Below are positions 48,324-56,474 of a stretch of DNA of 64,000 bases, piece by piece. Each line of letters begins with the position of its first letter. Position 1 is the stretch's first letter. Location of the stretch: NCBI GenBank assembly GCA_963716365.1, contig OY970307.1, forward strand, positions 1,551,253 to 1,615,252. Reading direction: 5' to 3'. Position numbers and translations under genes: made by a program. Origin of the DNA: Candidatus Dormiibacterota bacterium. GTDB lineage: Bacteria > Chloroflexota > Dormibacteria > Aeolococcales > Aeolococcaceae. The notes below the pieces were generated by a model. That model worked only from the letters and a program-made list of their open reading frames with translations. It searched no databases and was not told where the DNA came from.

Positions 48324-50529
48324 GCACGTCGTAGATGATGATGTGATCGGTACGCGCCACGACCGGAAAGCCCTGTTCCGACCACCAGGTGAACCCCGGC
48401 TTTGATTCCACCGCGCCGGGGTCCGAGGTCCGGTTGTCAATCTCGACGTAGCTGATGTCGTACTTGTGCAGCAGCGCGAAGACCGGGCACGTCGCGGCGG
48501 TATCCGTGCACCCCGAGTACATCGCCTGAACATCCGCGTAGCGGGTGCCGATGTCGATGCCGTAGCTCCAGAGCCAGCCCCCATACCCCATGACGCCGAT
48601 GCGACCGGCAACAGCGAGTACAGGGTCGTTGGGACGGCCGAAGGTGAGGAACACGGCGCCCTTCGGCGTCGTCTTCTCGAGCGTCGATGCCAGTTGCACT
48701 TCCTGGGCATTGGCGATCGTGTACGGCCCGGTGATCGCATCCGCCGGCGGCGTCCAGGGCAACAGCCGCAGGACCACAAGCGCGCCGGTGAAGAGCACCG
48801 GACCGACGAGCGCGATGGCGGCGATCCGCGGCCACACCCGCCGCCACCAGTGCGCTGCGAGCGCCCCGACGAGCAGCGCCATGACGAGGTACCAGTAGAC
48901 GAGCAGCTTGGTGTTGTCCCAGTTCCAGGTCTGGAAGACCACGAGGTTGCACGCGGCGAAGATGATCAGTCCGCCCAATGCGAGTTCGAGCAGCGGCACC
49001 GGGAACGCCGCGGTCACGGCGCGCCCCGCGCGCGCCAATTCCCCGCCGGCGCGCCGAGCCAGCATCGCCAGCGCAACGAAGGCGAGGAGCGGCACCGCGA
49101 TCCCGAGGTTGGCGAGCCAGAAGCCCCACCACTGCGCGGTCCCCACCATCCCGATCGCCTGGATCGCCCCGCCGACAAAGTTCCCGACGGACATCTCGAG
49201 ACGACCGCTCGGATCGGCGGTCGTCCCCGCGTTGGAGAGCCACCCCGGTTCGATCCATGGATAGACGTTGGTGCCGTATGGATTCACCGACGAGCCGTGC
49301 GCCGTCAGCGCGAGCTGGGCCAGACGAACCCCGCCGATGAGCATCGCGACGCCGGCGAGCGCGAGCCACTCCCGTCGCCGCCGTCGCCAGAGCAGCACGA
49401 ACAGCAGGATGGAGAGCGCGATAAGCGTCTGCACGTGGACGATCGGCAGGAGGCCGACCAGCACGCCCGCGAGCACGAACGCCTCCCAGCTCCTGCCCCC
49501 CGACGACGCGCCCGAGAGGACAAGCAGCAGCACGCTGATCGCCGCCGCGAAGCCGAAGAGCAGCGTTCGCTGGGGCAGCCACCACGCCATGAGCGGCGTG
49601 TACCACTGCATGTTCGGGAGCGGCGCGGTGCCGCCGTCGGACGGCAGGCCGTCGTAGGCGCGCGGCTGCGCGGCGATCGTGCCGGGCAGGTCGTGGAGCG
49701 TCCAGCCGATGATCGAGAGCCCCGTGCCGGGGTGAGTCACGACGTACTGGAAGGTGCACTGCGTGGCGGTGTAGCCATGGTTCGTGCAGGCGTCAGCAAA
49801 AACCCCGATGAAGCCGAGGCCCCCGCCGATGAAGCAGATGAGCACGGCGATGACCCCGGCACCGACGCCGAGCCCGAGACGGCGCCCAAGCGCGACGACG
49901 AGCATCCCGATCACCACCATGAGCACCGCGCCCGGGATGGCCAGGGCCAGCCCGGGTGACAGGCCGAGCGTGATCAGCGTGGCCGCGTGAAAGTCCGGAA
50001 GAAACGGATAGAGGAGCGTCGTCCCGCTGAACAGCGGGTTGATCGGCGGGATGTTGCCGCCCATCGCGAAGCTCGCGGCGGTCGTGAGGTGCTGTGACCA
50101 GTCGGCCCAGACCGTCGGGTAGCCTGCTTCGAGCCCGCCCGAGTCCGTGTAGACCGTATGCGCGAAGATTGCGGTGACCGCCGCCCCGCCCACGGCCAGC
50201 GCGATGATGGAGAGCCAGGGCGTCTGCTGGGCCCAGCGGTCCCGGGATTCGACCCATGAGGCGTACCAGGTCGACCGGGGATCGACTGTTAACAACGACG
50301 CCGCAAGCGCCCCCGCGAGCGCGATGAGCGGCCCCTCCAGCACGGTTGCGGTGCTCAGCCCGAAGACCAGCGAGAGGCCGTAGGTCACCCCGGAGGCGAC
50401 CAGCACCCCGGTGATCACGCCGATGAGCCCGCGCTCCATGAGCGTCAGGTGGGTGCGGATCAACCCGGTCAGCGCGGCCCCGGCAGCGAGCGTCAGGGCA
50501 GCGTCAAGGATGACGAGGAACGCGGTCAC
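48310..50529 (-). CDS. large GT-C fold integral membrane glycosyltransferase (ArnT/PMT_2-like), putative
   Basis: 739 aa, 13 or more TM segments. The C-terminal soluble domain (GRPNDPVLAVAGRIGVMGYGGWLWSYG...YDISYVEID) resembles the ArnT/GT39-type C-terminus. It overlaps PMT by 4 nt (GTGA). Confidence 0.5.
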   Translation of the reverse strand: MTAFLVILDAALTLAAGAALTGLIRTHLTLMERGLIGVITGVLVASGVTYGLSLVFGLSTATVLEGPLIALAGALAASLLTVDPRSTWYASWVESRDRWAQQTPWLSIIALAVGGAAVTAIFAHTVYTDSGGLEAGYPTVWADWSQHLTTAASFAMGGNIPPINPLFSGTTLLYPFLPDFHAATLITLGLSPGLALAIPGAVLMVVIGMLVVALGRRLGLGVGAGVIAVLICFIGGGLGFIGVFADACTNHGYTATQCTFQYVVTHPGTGLSIIGWTLHDLPGTIAAQPRAYDGLPSDGGTAPLPNMQWYTPLMAWWLPQRTLLFGFAAAISVLLLVLSGASSGGRSWEAFVLAGVLVGLLPIVHVQTLIALSILLFVLLWRRRRREWLALAGVAMLIGGVRLAQLALTAHGSSVNPYGTNVYPWIEPGWLSNAGTTADPSGRLEMSVGNFVGGAIQAIGMVGTAQWWGFWLANLGIAVPLLAFVALAMLARRAGGELARAGRAVTAAFPVPLLELALGGLIIFAACNLVVFQTWNWDNTKLLVYWYLVMALLVGALAAHWWRRVWPRIAAIALVGPVLFTGALVVLRLLPWTPPADAITGPYTIANAQEVQLASTLEKTTPKGAVFLTFGRPNDPVLAVAGRIGVMGYGGWLWSYGIDIGTRYADVQAMYSGCTDTAATCPVFALLHKYDISYVEIDNRTSDPGAVESKPGFTWWSEQGFPVVARTDHIIIYDVRGRS

Positions 50530-52472
50530 CCGATGTCGACCCAGAGCCTCGTTTGCTGGTCAGCGGGACTCTGTGGCATCGCCGTCCAGATTGGATAGAA
50601 GAAGATGAACGCGGCAAGCACGGCGCCGATCACAGCAAAGCTGACAGGCGCGAGCGACACCTGTCTCCCGCGGAACGGGACACGCAATCGCCGTATCGCC
50701 GTCAGCGCGTACGCAAGCGCAAGCGCTGTGAACAGCAGCATGCCAAGCGCGTGGTAGAAGAAGAGCACGCGGCGCTCGTTGCCCGGCACCCACATCATCC
50801 ACGACGCGAAATAGCCGAGCACGATGAACGCCGGCACGAAGCGTCGCGAGATGACCGCGGACAGGGTCACCAAGCCTGCGTAGATGATGACGCCGACGAA
50901 CGCAACCGCGAACCAGATACCCGGATACGTTCGCGCGATCTCGTACTGCGACGACGGTTCCATGTGGAATTTCGTGATGAACTGCGCCGCCGTGTAGGAC
51001 GTGTTGAAGTTGTTGGGGTCGTGGAAACGCACCGCGGCCTGGTAGATGATCATCATCGCCACGAGCGAGATCAGCCCGATCATCGGGACCAGCAGTCGCC
51101 ACCAGTTCGGGCCGCGCGTCACCTGCCAGACGCAGAACAGCAGCGCGAGGATGCCGAGCCACCAGATCGCCGGATTGCCCATGTCGGTGATCTCCGCGAC
51201 CTGGCCCTGCGTCCCTGCTGAGCTCGCGTAAAAGAGCACCGGATGCTCCATGATCGGCCACGTCAGCCAGAGCGACGAGTAGGGATGGCTGTGGCATTCC
51301 TCGGCGTGATAGCGGAGTGACGCGGCGTTGATCTGGATGATGTTGTCGACGGCTTCGACCGGGTTGGGGACGGTGAGTGGACCGACCTTCATCACTGGCA
51401 CATCAAGGGTTTTCTCGGTTCCCGGCAGCCCCGCGACCGCTGGATTGCACCCGTTGAAGAAGTACACATCCGTGTGCTGGATCGTCTCGTAGCGTGAGAA
51501 GCACGCGAAGAAGATCGCGACCGCCACGATGCCGGCGACGAAGTAGTGGAGCACGGCCTTCGGACCCGCCGCGTTGCGCCACATGATCGTCTCGGCGCGC
51601 CCCGGTCCGGCGATGCGCCGCAACCACGGCACGAATGCCGCGATGTACGGCGAGAGCCCTCGGGCGATGATCAGCCCGGCCGCCACCACGAGCGGTGCGA
51701 GCGCGGTGAGCTTCGCCCCGAAGGCGAGGCCCGCGACGCCGGCCATCACGTACAGGGTCGTCCGCCACTGCGCGCGTGTTCGCGCCTGCCAATGTAATAA
51801 GAAGACGTAATAGAAGAGCGCGACGAAGAAGATCGCGATGATGTCGATGACGCCGGTTCGTGACTCGACGAAGGCGAGTCCGTCGAAGCAGATGAACAAT
51901 GCCGTCGTGATCGCGAAGAATCGATTGCGACGCAGGCGCAGCGCGACGAGATACATCATCCCGACGAGCAGGCTGCCGAAGAGCGTCGTGCTCAGTCGCC
52001 AGGTCCAGCTGTTGAAGCCGAAGAACGCGATTGGCGGCGCCATCAGCAACTTCGCAAGCGGCGGTTCAGGATCGAAATACGACTCGGCCGGTTGTCGCAA
52101 GTCCTTCGCGGCGTCCACGGGGAAGTAGATCTCGTCGAAGACGTAGCCGCAGACGTTGATGTCGACGTGATTCACCTTCACACCGCCGACGACGCCCGCT
52201 TTTCCCACCGGTACCGTCGTGCACTCCGCGCCCGATCCGCTCGTCGTCGGGTAGCCGACGCCGTAGGCGTTGAGCGTCCCGGTGCCGCTCAGGAAGTCCG
52301 GCAAGATCGGGCTCGCGAAGCGCAGACCGAAGGCCAGAACCACCAGGGCGATCACGGCGATCACGTCGAATCTGCCCAGGTCGAGGAAGCCTCGCAGGCC
52401 GGCGCGGACGAGCGGCGGACCGCCGTCCGACTCCGGTCCGGGAGACTCGGGAGTGACTACTTCGCTTGACAT
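50526..52472 (-). CDS. pmt: protein O-mannosyltransferase (GT39, dolichyl/polyprenyl-phosphate-mannose--protein mannosyltransferase)
   Basis: 648 aa. Loop-1 VFDEIYFPVDA matches the PMT DE motif (FDEVHF). Multi-TM, with large extracytoplasmic loops. Confidence 0.75.
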   Translation of the reverse strand: MSSEVVTPESPGPESDGGPPLVRAGLRGFLDLGRFDVIAVIALVVLAFGLRFASPILPDFLSGTGTLNAYGVGYPTTSGSGAECTTVPVGKAGVVGGVKVNHVDINVCGYVFDEIYFPVDAAKDLRQPAESYFDPEPPLAKLLMAPPIAFFGFNSWTWRLSTTLFGSLLVGMMYLVALRLRRNRFFAITTALFICFDGLAFVESRTGVIDIIAIFFVALFYYVFLLHWQARTRAQWRTTLYVMAGVAGLAFGAKLTALAPLVVAAGLIIARGLSPYIAAFVPWLRRIAGPGRAETIMWRNAAGPKAVLHYFVAGIVAVAIFFACFSRYETIQHTDVYFFNGCNPAVAGLPGTEKTLDVPVMKVGPLTVPNPVEAVDNIIQINAASLRYHAEECHSHPYSSLWLTWPIMEHPVLFYASSAGTQGQVAEITDMGNPAIWWLGILALLFCVWQVTRGPNWWRLLVPMIGLISLVAMMIIYQAAVRFHDPNNFNTSYTAAQFITKFHMEPSSQYEIARTYPGIWFAVAFVGVIIYAGLVTLSAVISRRFVPAFIVLGYFASWMMWVPGNERRVLFFYHALGMLLFTALALAYALTAIRRLRVPFRGRQVSLAPVSFAVIGAVLAAFIFFYPIWTAMPQSPADQQTRLWVDIG

Positions 52473-52582
52473 CTATTTACAAGAATTGGAGGTTCCTTTA
52501 CTGCTATCCTGAGAGGCGAGCAGTACAGTCAAGGCCGCAGGCGTTGCGCCGCGCATATCTGAAACTCATTCCCTTCCTGAAA

Positions 52583-52613
52583 GGCCGGAGGGTTCCCCCT
52601 CCGGTCTTTTTTT
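52583..52613 (+). terminator. intrinsic terminator GGCCGGAGGG-ttcc-CCCTCCGG followed by T7; A-tract on the other side (possibly bidirectional)
   Basis: Perfect 8-bp GC stem plus tcttttttt, lying 13 nt beyond the glpK stop in a lower-GC 150-nt gap. Confidence 0.6.
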
Positions 52614-52625
52614 GCCCTTTGAGGG

Positions 52626-54140
52626 TCACAGCGCGCCCACGGGGCGGCTGCGCACACGGTCGATCGCGTCGAGCCATGCCGCATAGCCTGCCGTTGGCCG
52701 GACCCCGGACCTCGCCGGCACGAAGCGCCGGCCAGCCTGCCAGGTTGCGGCCGCATCCTCGGGTCCGCTGACCAAGCCGGCGCCGACTGCCGCTAGCATC
52801 GCGGCGCCGAGCGCGGTCGCCTCGGCGGTCGCAGCTCGAGCCACCGGCATACCGAGCACATCGGCCTGGAACTGGCAGAGCGCGTCCATCGCGCTCGCGC
52901 CACCGTCAACACGCAGTTCCGTGAGTGCCTGCCCCGATGCGCGCTCCATTGCCTCCACCACGTCCCGGGTCCTGTACGCCATCGATTCAACGACGGCACG
53001 GACGACATGGGCACGGGTGACTCCGGCGGTCAGACCGAGCAACGCACCGCGCGCGTCGGGGTCCCACCAGGGGGCGCCGAGGCCGACGAGCGCTGGCACG
53101 AAGATGCAGCCGCGACTGTCCGGCACGGACTCGAAGAGCGGCCCGGCATCCGCCGCTGATGCGATGAGCCCGAGGCCGTCGCGCAGCCATTGCAGCGCCG
53201 CACCGGTGACGAAGATGCTGCCCTCGAGCGCGAAGACGTCATCACCGCCAATGCGCCAGGCGACGGTCGCCAGCAGGCCGTCGCCTGGGTCGGGCACCGC
53301 GCCGCCCACATTCACGAGGAGGAACGACCCCGTCCCATACGTGTTCTTGGACATGCCCACTTCCACGCAGGCCTGCCCGAACAGCGCAGCCTGCTGGTCG
53401 CCAGCGATCCCGGTGATCGGGACGCGAAGGCCGAGGAACGCCCCCGGGTCGGTCGCCGCGATCGTCCCGGCACTCGGGTGAACCGCCGGAAGGATCGCCG
53501 GCGGGATGCCAAAGAGCGCGCAGAGGTCCGCATCGAAATCGCCGCGCGCGAGGTCGTAGAGCAGCGTCCGGCTGGCGTTGCTCGCGTCGGTGGCAAACGC
53601 AGCGCCGTCGGTGAGGCGCGCGATCAGCCAGGTGTCCACGGTGCCCGCGCAGACCTCGCCACGTGCCGCATCCGCGGCGAGCGCCGGGTCCTCGCGGAGC
53701 AGCCACTCGAGCTTGGTGGCGGTGAAGTAGGGGTCGAGCAGGAGCCCGGTGCGCCGCCGGATCTCGGGCTCCTCACCGCGGGCGCGATGCTCGGCGCAGA
53801 TCGCGGCACTGCGCCGGCATTGCCAGACGATGGCGGGGGCGACCGGTTCGAGGGTCCCTCGGTCGAAGACCACGAGCGTCTCGCGCTGGTTGGTGATGCC
53901 GATCGCAACCGGCCGTGCGCCGGTCTCGCGGAGCAAACCGTCGCAGGCCGCGAGCACGGAACTCCAGAGTTCATTCGCGTCCTGCTCGACCCAGCCCTCG
54001 TGCGGATGGCTGACCCGGACGTCGCGATGCGCTCGCGCCACGATGTGCCCGTCGGGTCTCACGAGCAGGCAGGTCGTCCCGGAGGTGCCTTGATCGATCG
54101 CAAGCACCAGGGGTTCGCTCACGACCGGGGATGCTGACAT
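52626..54140 (-). CDS. glpK: glycerol kinase (FGGY family)
   Basis: AIDQGTSGT N-terminal motif, GTGSFL, and the full FGGY N- and C-terminal domains. Confidence 0.9.
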   Translation of the reverse strand: MSASPVVSEPLVLAIDQGTSGTTCLLVRPDGHIVARAHRDVRVSHPHEGWVEQDANELWSSVLAACDGLLRETGARPVAIGITNQRETLVVFDRGTLEPVAPAIVWQCRRSAAICAEHRARGEEPEIRRRTGLLLDPYFTATKLEWLLREDPALAADAARGEVCAGTVDTWLIARLTDGAAFATDASNASRTLLYDLARGDFDADLCALFGIPPAILPAVHPSAGTIAATDPGAFLGLRVPITGIAGDQQAALFGQACVEVGMSKNTYGTGSFLLVNVGGAVPDPGDGLLATVAWRIGGDDVFALEGSIFVTGAALQWLRDGLGLIASAADAGPLFESVPDSRGCIFVPALVGLGAPWWDPDARGALLGLTAGVTRAHVVRAVVESMAYRTRDVVEAMERASGQALTELRVDGGASAMDALCQFQADVLGMPVARAATAEATALGAAMLAAVGAGLVSGPEDAAATWQAGRRFVPARSGVRPTAGYAAWLDAIDRVRSRPVGAL

Positions 54141-54171
54141 AGGCGTCAGCCCCATGGACGTGCGCCGCGGT

Positions 54172-55224
54172 TCAGGCCGCTGAGGTCACCGGGGTCTGGG
54201 TGCTCGGGATGATTGCGAGCATGCGGTCGATCGCGCCGCGTGCCTGCGCCGCGATCACCGGATCGACCGTCACCCGCGGGCCCATGCGCTCGAGCGAGAG
54301 CGCGACCTTCTCGAGCGTGATCTTCTTCATGTAGGGGCAGACCGCGGCTTCGGACGCAGCGAGGAATCGCTTGCCGGGGGAGTCGAGCTCCATGCGATGG
54401 ATGATCCCGACCTCCGTCGCGACGATGAACGTGCTCGACGGTGAAGCGGCGGCGCGCCGGACCATCCCCTCGGTGGAGGTGACCACGGTCGCGGGGCCGC
54501 GAAGGTCGCCGGACGACATGCGATACAGCGTCGACGACGTGCAGCCGCACTCCGGATGGATGAGCAGCTCCGCGTCGGGGTTCTCGCGACGCATCGCGTC
54601 GAGACGCTCCGGATGGATGCCGGCGTGGACGTGGCATTCGCCCATCCAGATGTGCAGCTTTCGCCCGGTGACTCGCTCCAGGTGCGCTCCGAGGAACATG
54701 TCCGGGCAGAACAGGATCTCCCGATCCGCGGGGATGGAGCGGATCACTGCCTCGGCGTTCGACGACGTGCAGCAGTAGTCGGAGAGCGCCTTCACCTCGG
54801 CGGTCGTGTTGACGTATGACACAACGACTGCACCGGGGTGCTGTCCCTTCCACTCGCGCAACTGGTCCGCGTCGATAGTGGCCGCCAGCGAGCATCCGGC
54901 CTCGAGATCAGGCAGCAATACGGTCTTCTGCGGCGACAGGATCGCGGCGGTCTCGGCCATGAAGTGGACGCCGCAGAACACGATCACCGAGGCATCGGTG
55001 GCCGCCGCCTGTTGCGACAGCCCGAGCGAGTCGCCGACGAAATCGGCGATGTCCTGCACTTCAGGACGCTGGTAGTTGTGGGCCAGGATCACCGCGTTGC
55101 GCTCGCGCCGCAAGCGTTCGATCCGGTCCAGCAACCCGGTCCGGTCCTCCCTCTCCACGTCAGTCGCCGTGTTGCGTTCTGCTGTGATCACCCCGCCACC
55201 TGTCCCCGACGCCGAGGGCTTCAA
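54172..55224 (-). CDS. nadA: quinolinate synthase A
   Basis: AHNYQ, VHFMAET and CPYMK motifs. 350 aa. Confidence 0.9.
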   Translation of the reverse strand: MKPSASGTGGGVITAERNTATDVEREDRTGLLDRIERLRRERNAVILAHNYQRPEVQDIADFVGDSLGLSQQAAATDASVIVFCGVHFMAETAAILSPQKTVLLPDLEAGCSLAATIDADQLREWKGQHPGAVVVSYVNTTAEVKALSDYCCTSSNAEAVIRSIPADREILFCPDMFLGAHLERVTGRKLHIWMGECHVHAGIHPERLDAMRRENPDAELLIHPECGCTSSTLYRMSSGDLRGPATVVTSTEGMVRRAAASPSSTFIVATEVGIIHRMELDSPGKRFLAASEAAVCPYMKKITLEKVALSLERMGPRVTVDPVIAAQARGAIDRMLAIIPSTQTPVTSAA

Positions 55225-55228
55225 GACT

Positions 55229-55247
55229 TTAGGTCAGATTGACCTAA
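55229..55247. promoter_or_regulatory. perfect palindrome TTAGGTCA-gat-TGACCTAA immediately upstream of nadA (candidate NrtR-type / NAD-regulon operator; GT-N7-AC core)
   Basis: An 8-3-8 perfect inverted repeat, AT-rich in a 70% GC background, 5 to 25 nt upstream of the nadA start codon. Confidence 0.45.
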
Positions 55248-55276
55248 GCAAAGTATAGCAGGGTGTCCCGTCCGCG

Positions 55277-55810
55277 TTAGAGGATCTGCGGGGTCGGGCT
55301 CGCACTCGGCGGAGTCAGGTCGGAGAAGTCGGTTTCCTTCCAGCCGGAGCCGGATCTCACGTACTCCTGGAGGAGGTTCAGCTGCTGCCCCACAGAGGCG
55401 TCCTGATGGTCGACCTTGCCGGCGGCGTTGAGGTAATCGTCCTGCACCAGCGTCATCGTCACATTGAGGATGAGCCGGCTGTCGTTGCAGCCGGCCTGGA
55501 CGACCGTCAGCTGATCGAGGTGGTCGACCTCGCGTTCGGTGAATCCGTGTGCGACGAGCTGTTGCTGCAGGTAGGTGGTGATGGTCGTGAACGCGTTGCC
55601 GGTGGTCACAGCCGAGAGGCCCGTGTGGTGCGGGTCGAGCTCGATCGCGTTGAGCTGGGCGTCGACGCTTGTCCAGATCTGCGTGGCCTGAGACTGCGAG
55701 ACGCAGCCCGTCTTTGCGGTTGACGTCCCCTGCGCGGGCGGCGCGCAGGATGCGAGCATCGCGGCCACGGCGCCCGCAATGGCCGGCGTCACAACGCGGC
55801 GGGATTCCAC
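55277..55810 (-). CDS. putative lipoprotein
   Basis: Start trimmed to GTG 55810 (VESRRVVTPAIAGAVAAMLASC: n-region, h-region, lipobox LASC). Confidence 0.5.
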   Translation of the reverse strand: MESRRVVTPAIAGAVAAMLASCAPPAQGTSTAKTGCVSQSQATQIWTSVDAQLNAIELDPHHTGLSAVTTGNAFTTITTYLQQQLVAHGFTEREVDHLDQLTVVQAGCNDSRLILNVTMTLVQDDYLNAAGKVDHQDASVGQQLNLLQEYVRSGSGWKETDFSDLTPPSASPTPQIL

Positions 55811-55875
55811 GCGTTCGATTGTCGCGCCGTTCAGCCGGGCCGTCCCTCCTGTTCTACTGTGTCGCCGTGCCGGTG

Positions 55876-56409
55876 ATGGGGGTTCTGCTGCGGCCGCGGA
55901 GCACGTTCGCAGCGCTTGCGGACGCTCCACGCATCGTTCTCGGGTTCATCGCGGTGCTCGGCAGCGGCGTGATCGCGCTCCTCCTCGGGTTGCTCGCCAA
56001 CCAGATCGACCACGGCGGCAGCGTCGGGTCGGTGGCATCGCTCGTGCTACCGCTCCTCTTCCTTGTCTACTGGGGTGCCGCTGCTCTGATCGTCGACGCG
56101 GGTGCCGGCCTCGCGGCGCGTGCCGGACGTTGGCGGCAGTACCTCGCGGTGAGCGGTTTCACCTTCATCCCCTGGGTCGCGTTCGGCGTGCTCTCGGTCA
56201 TCGAGGCGCTCGCGGGGACCGGGAGCGTGGCCGAGTCGATCGTGGCCTGGCTGACACTGCCGCTCCTCGCTTGGTTCCTGGTGCTCACGACCCTGGCCGT
56301 CTATGCCGTCTACGATGTGACCCCCTATGTGGCGGTTGCACTGGCGATGCTCCCCGACGCGGTGCTCCTGCTCCTGCTCATCGCCCTGATCGTCGCCACC
56401 AACGTCTAA
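55876..56409 (+). CDS. small polytopic membrane protein (Yip1-domain-like?)
   Basis: 178 aa from ATG 55876, five TM segments. The family call is tentative. Confidence 0.45.
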   Translation: MGVLLRPRSTFAALADAPRIVLGFIAVLGSGVIALLLGLLANQIDHGGSVGSVASLVLPLLFLVYWGAAALIVDAGAGLAARAGRWRQYLAVSGFTFIPWVAFGVLSVIEALAGTGSVAESIVAWLTLPLLAWFLVLTTLAVYAVYDVTPYVAVALAMLPDAVLLLLLIALIVATNV

Positions 56410-56474
56410 TTTCCACCGGCCGCGACTCCGAACCGTGACGATCGGCTCCCCGTGGCGCGCTTCGCGCCTATCCT

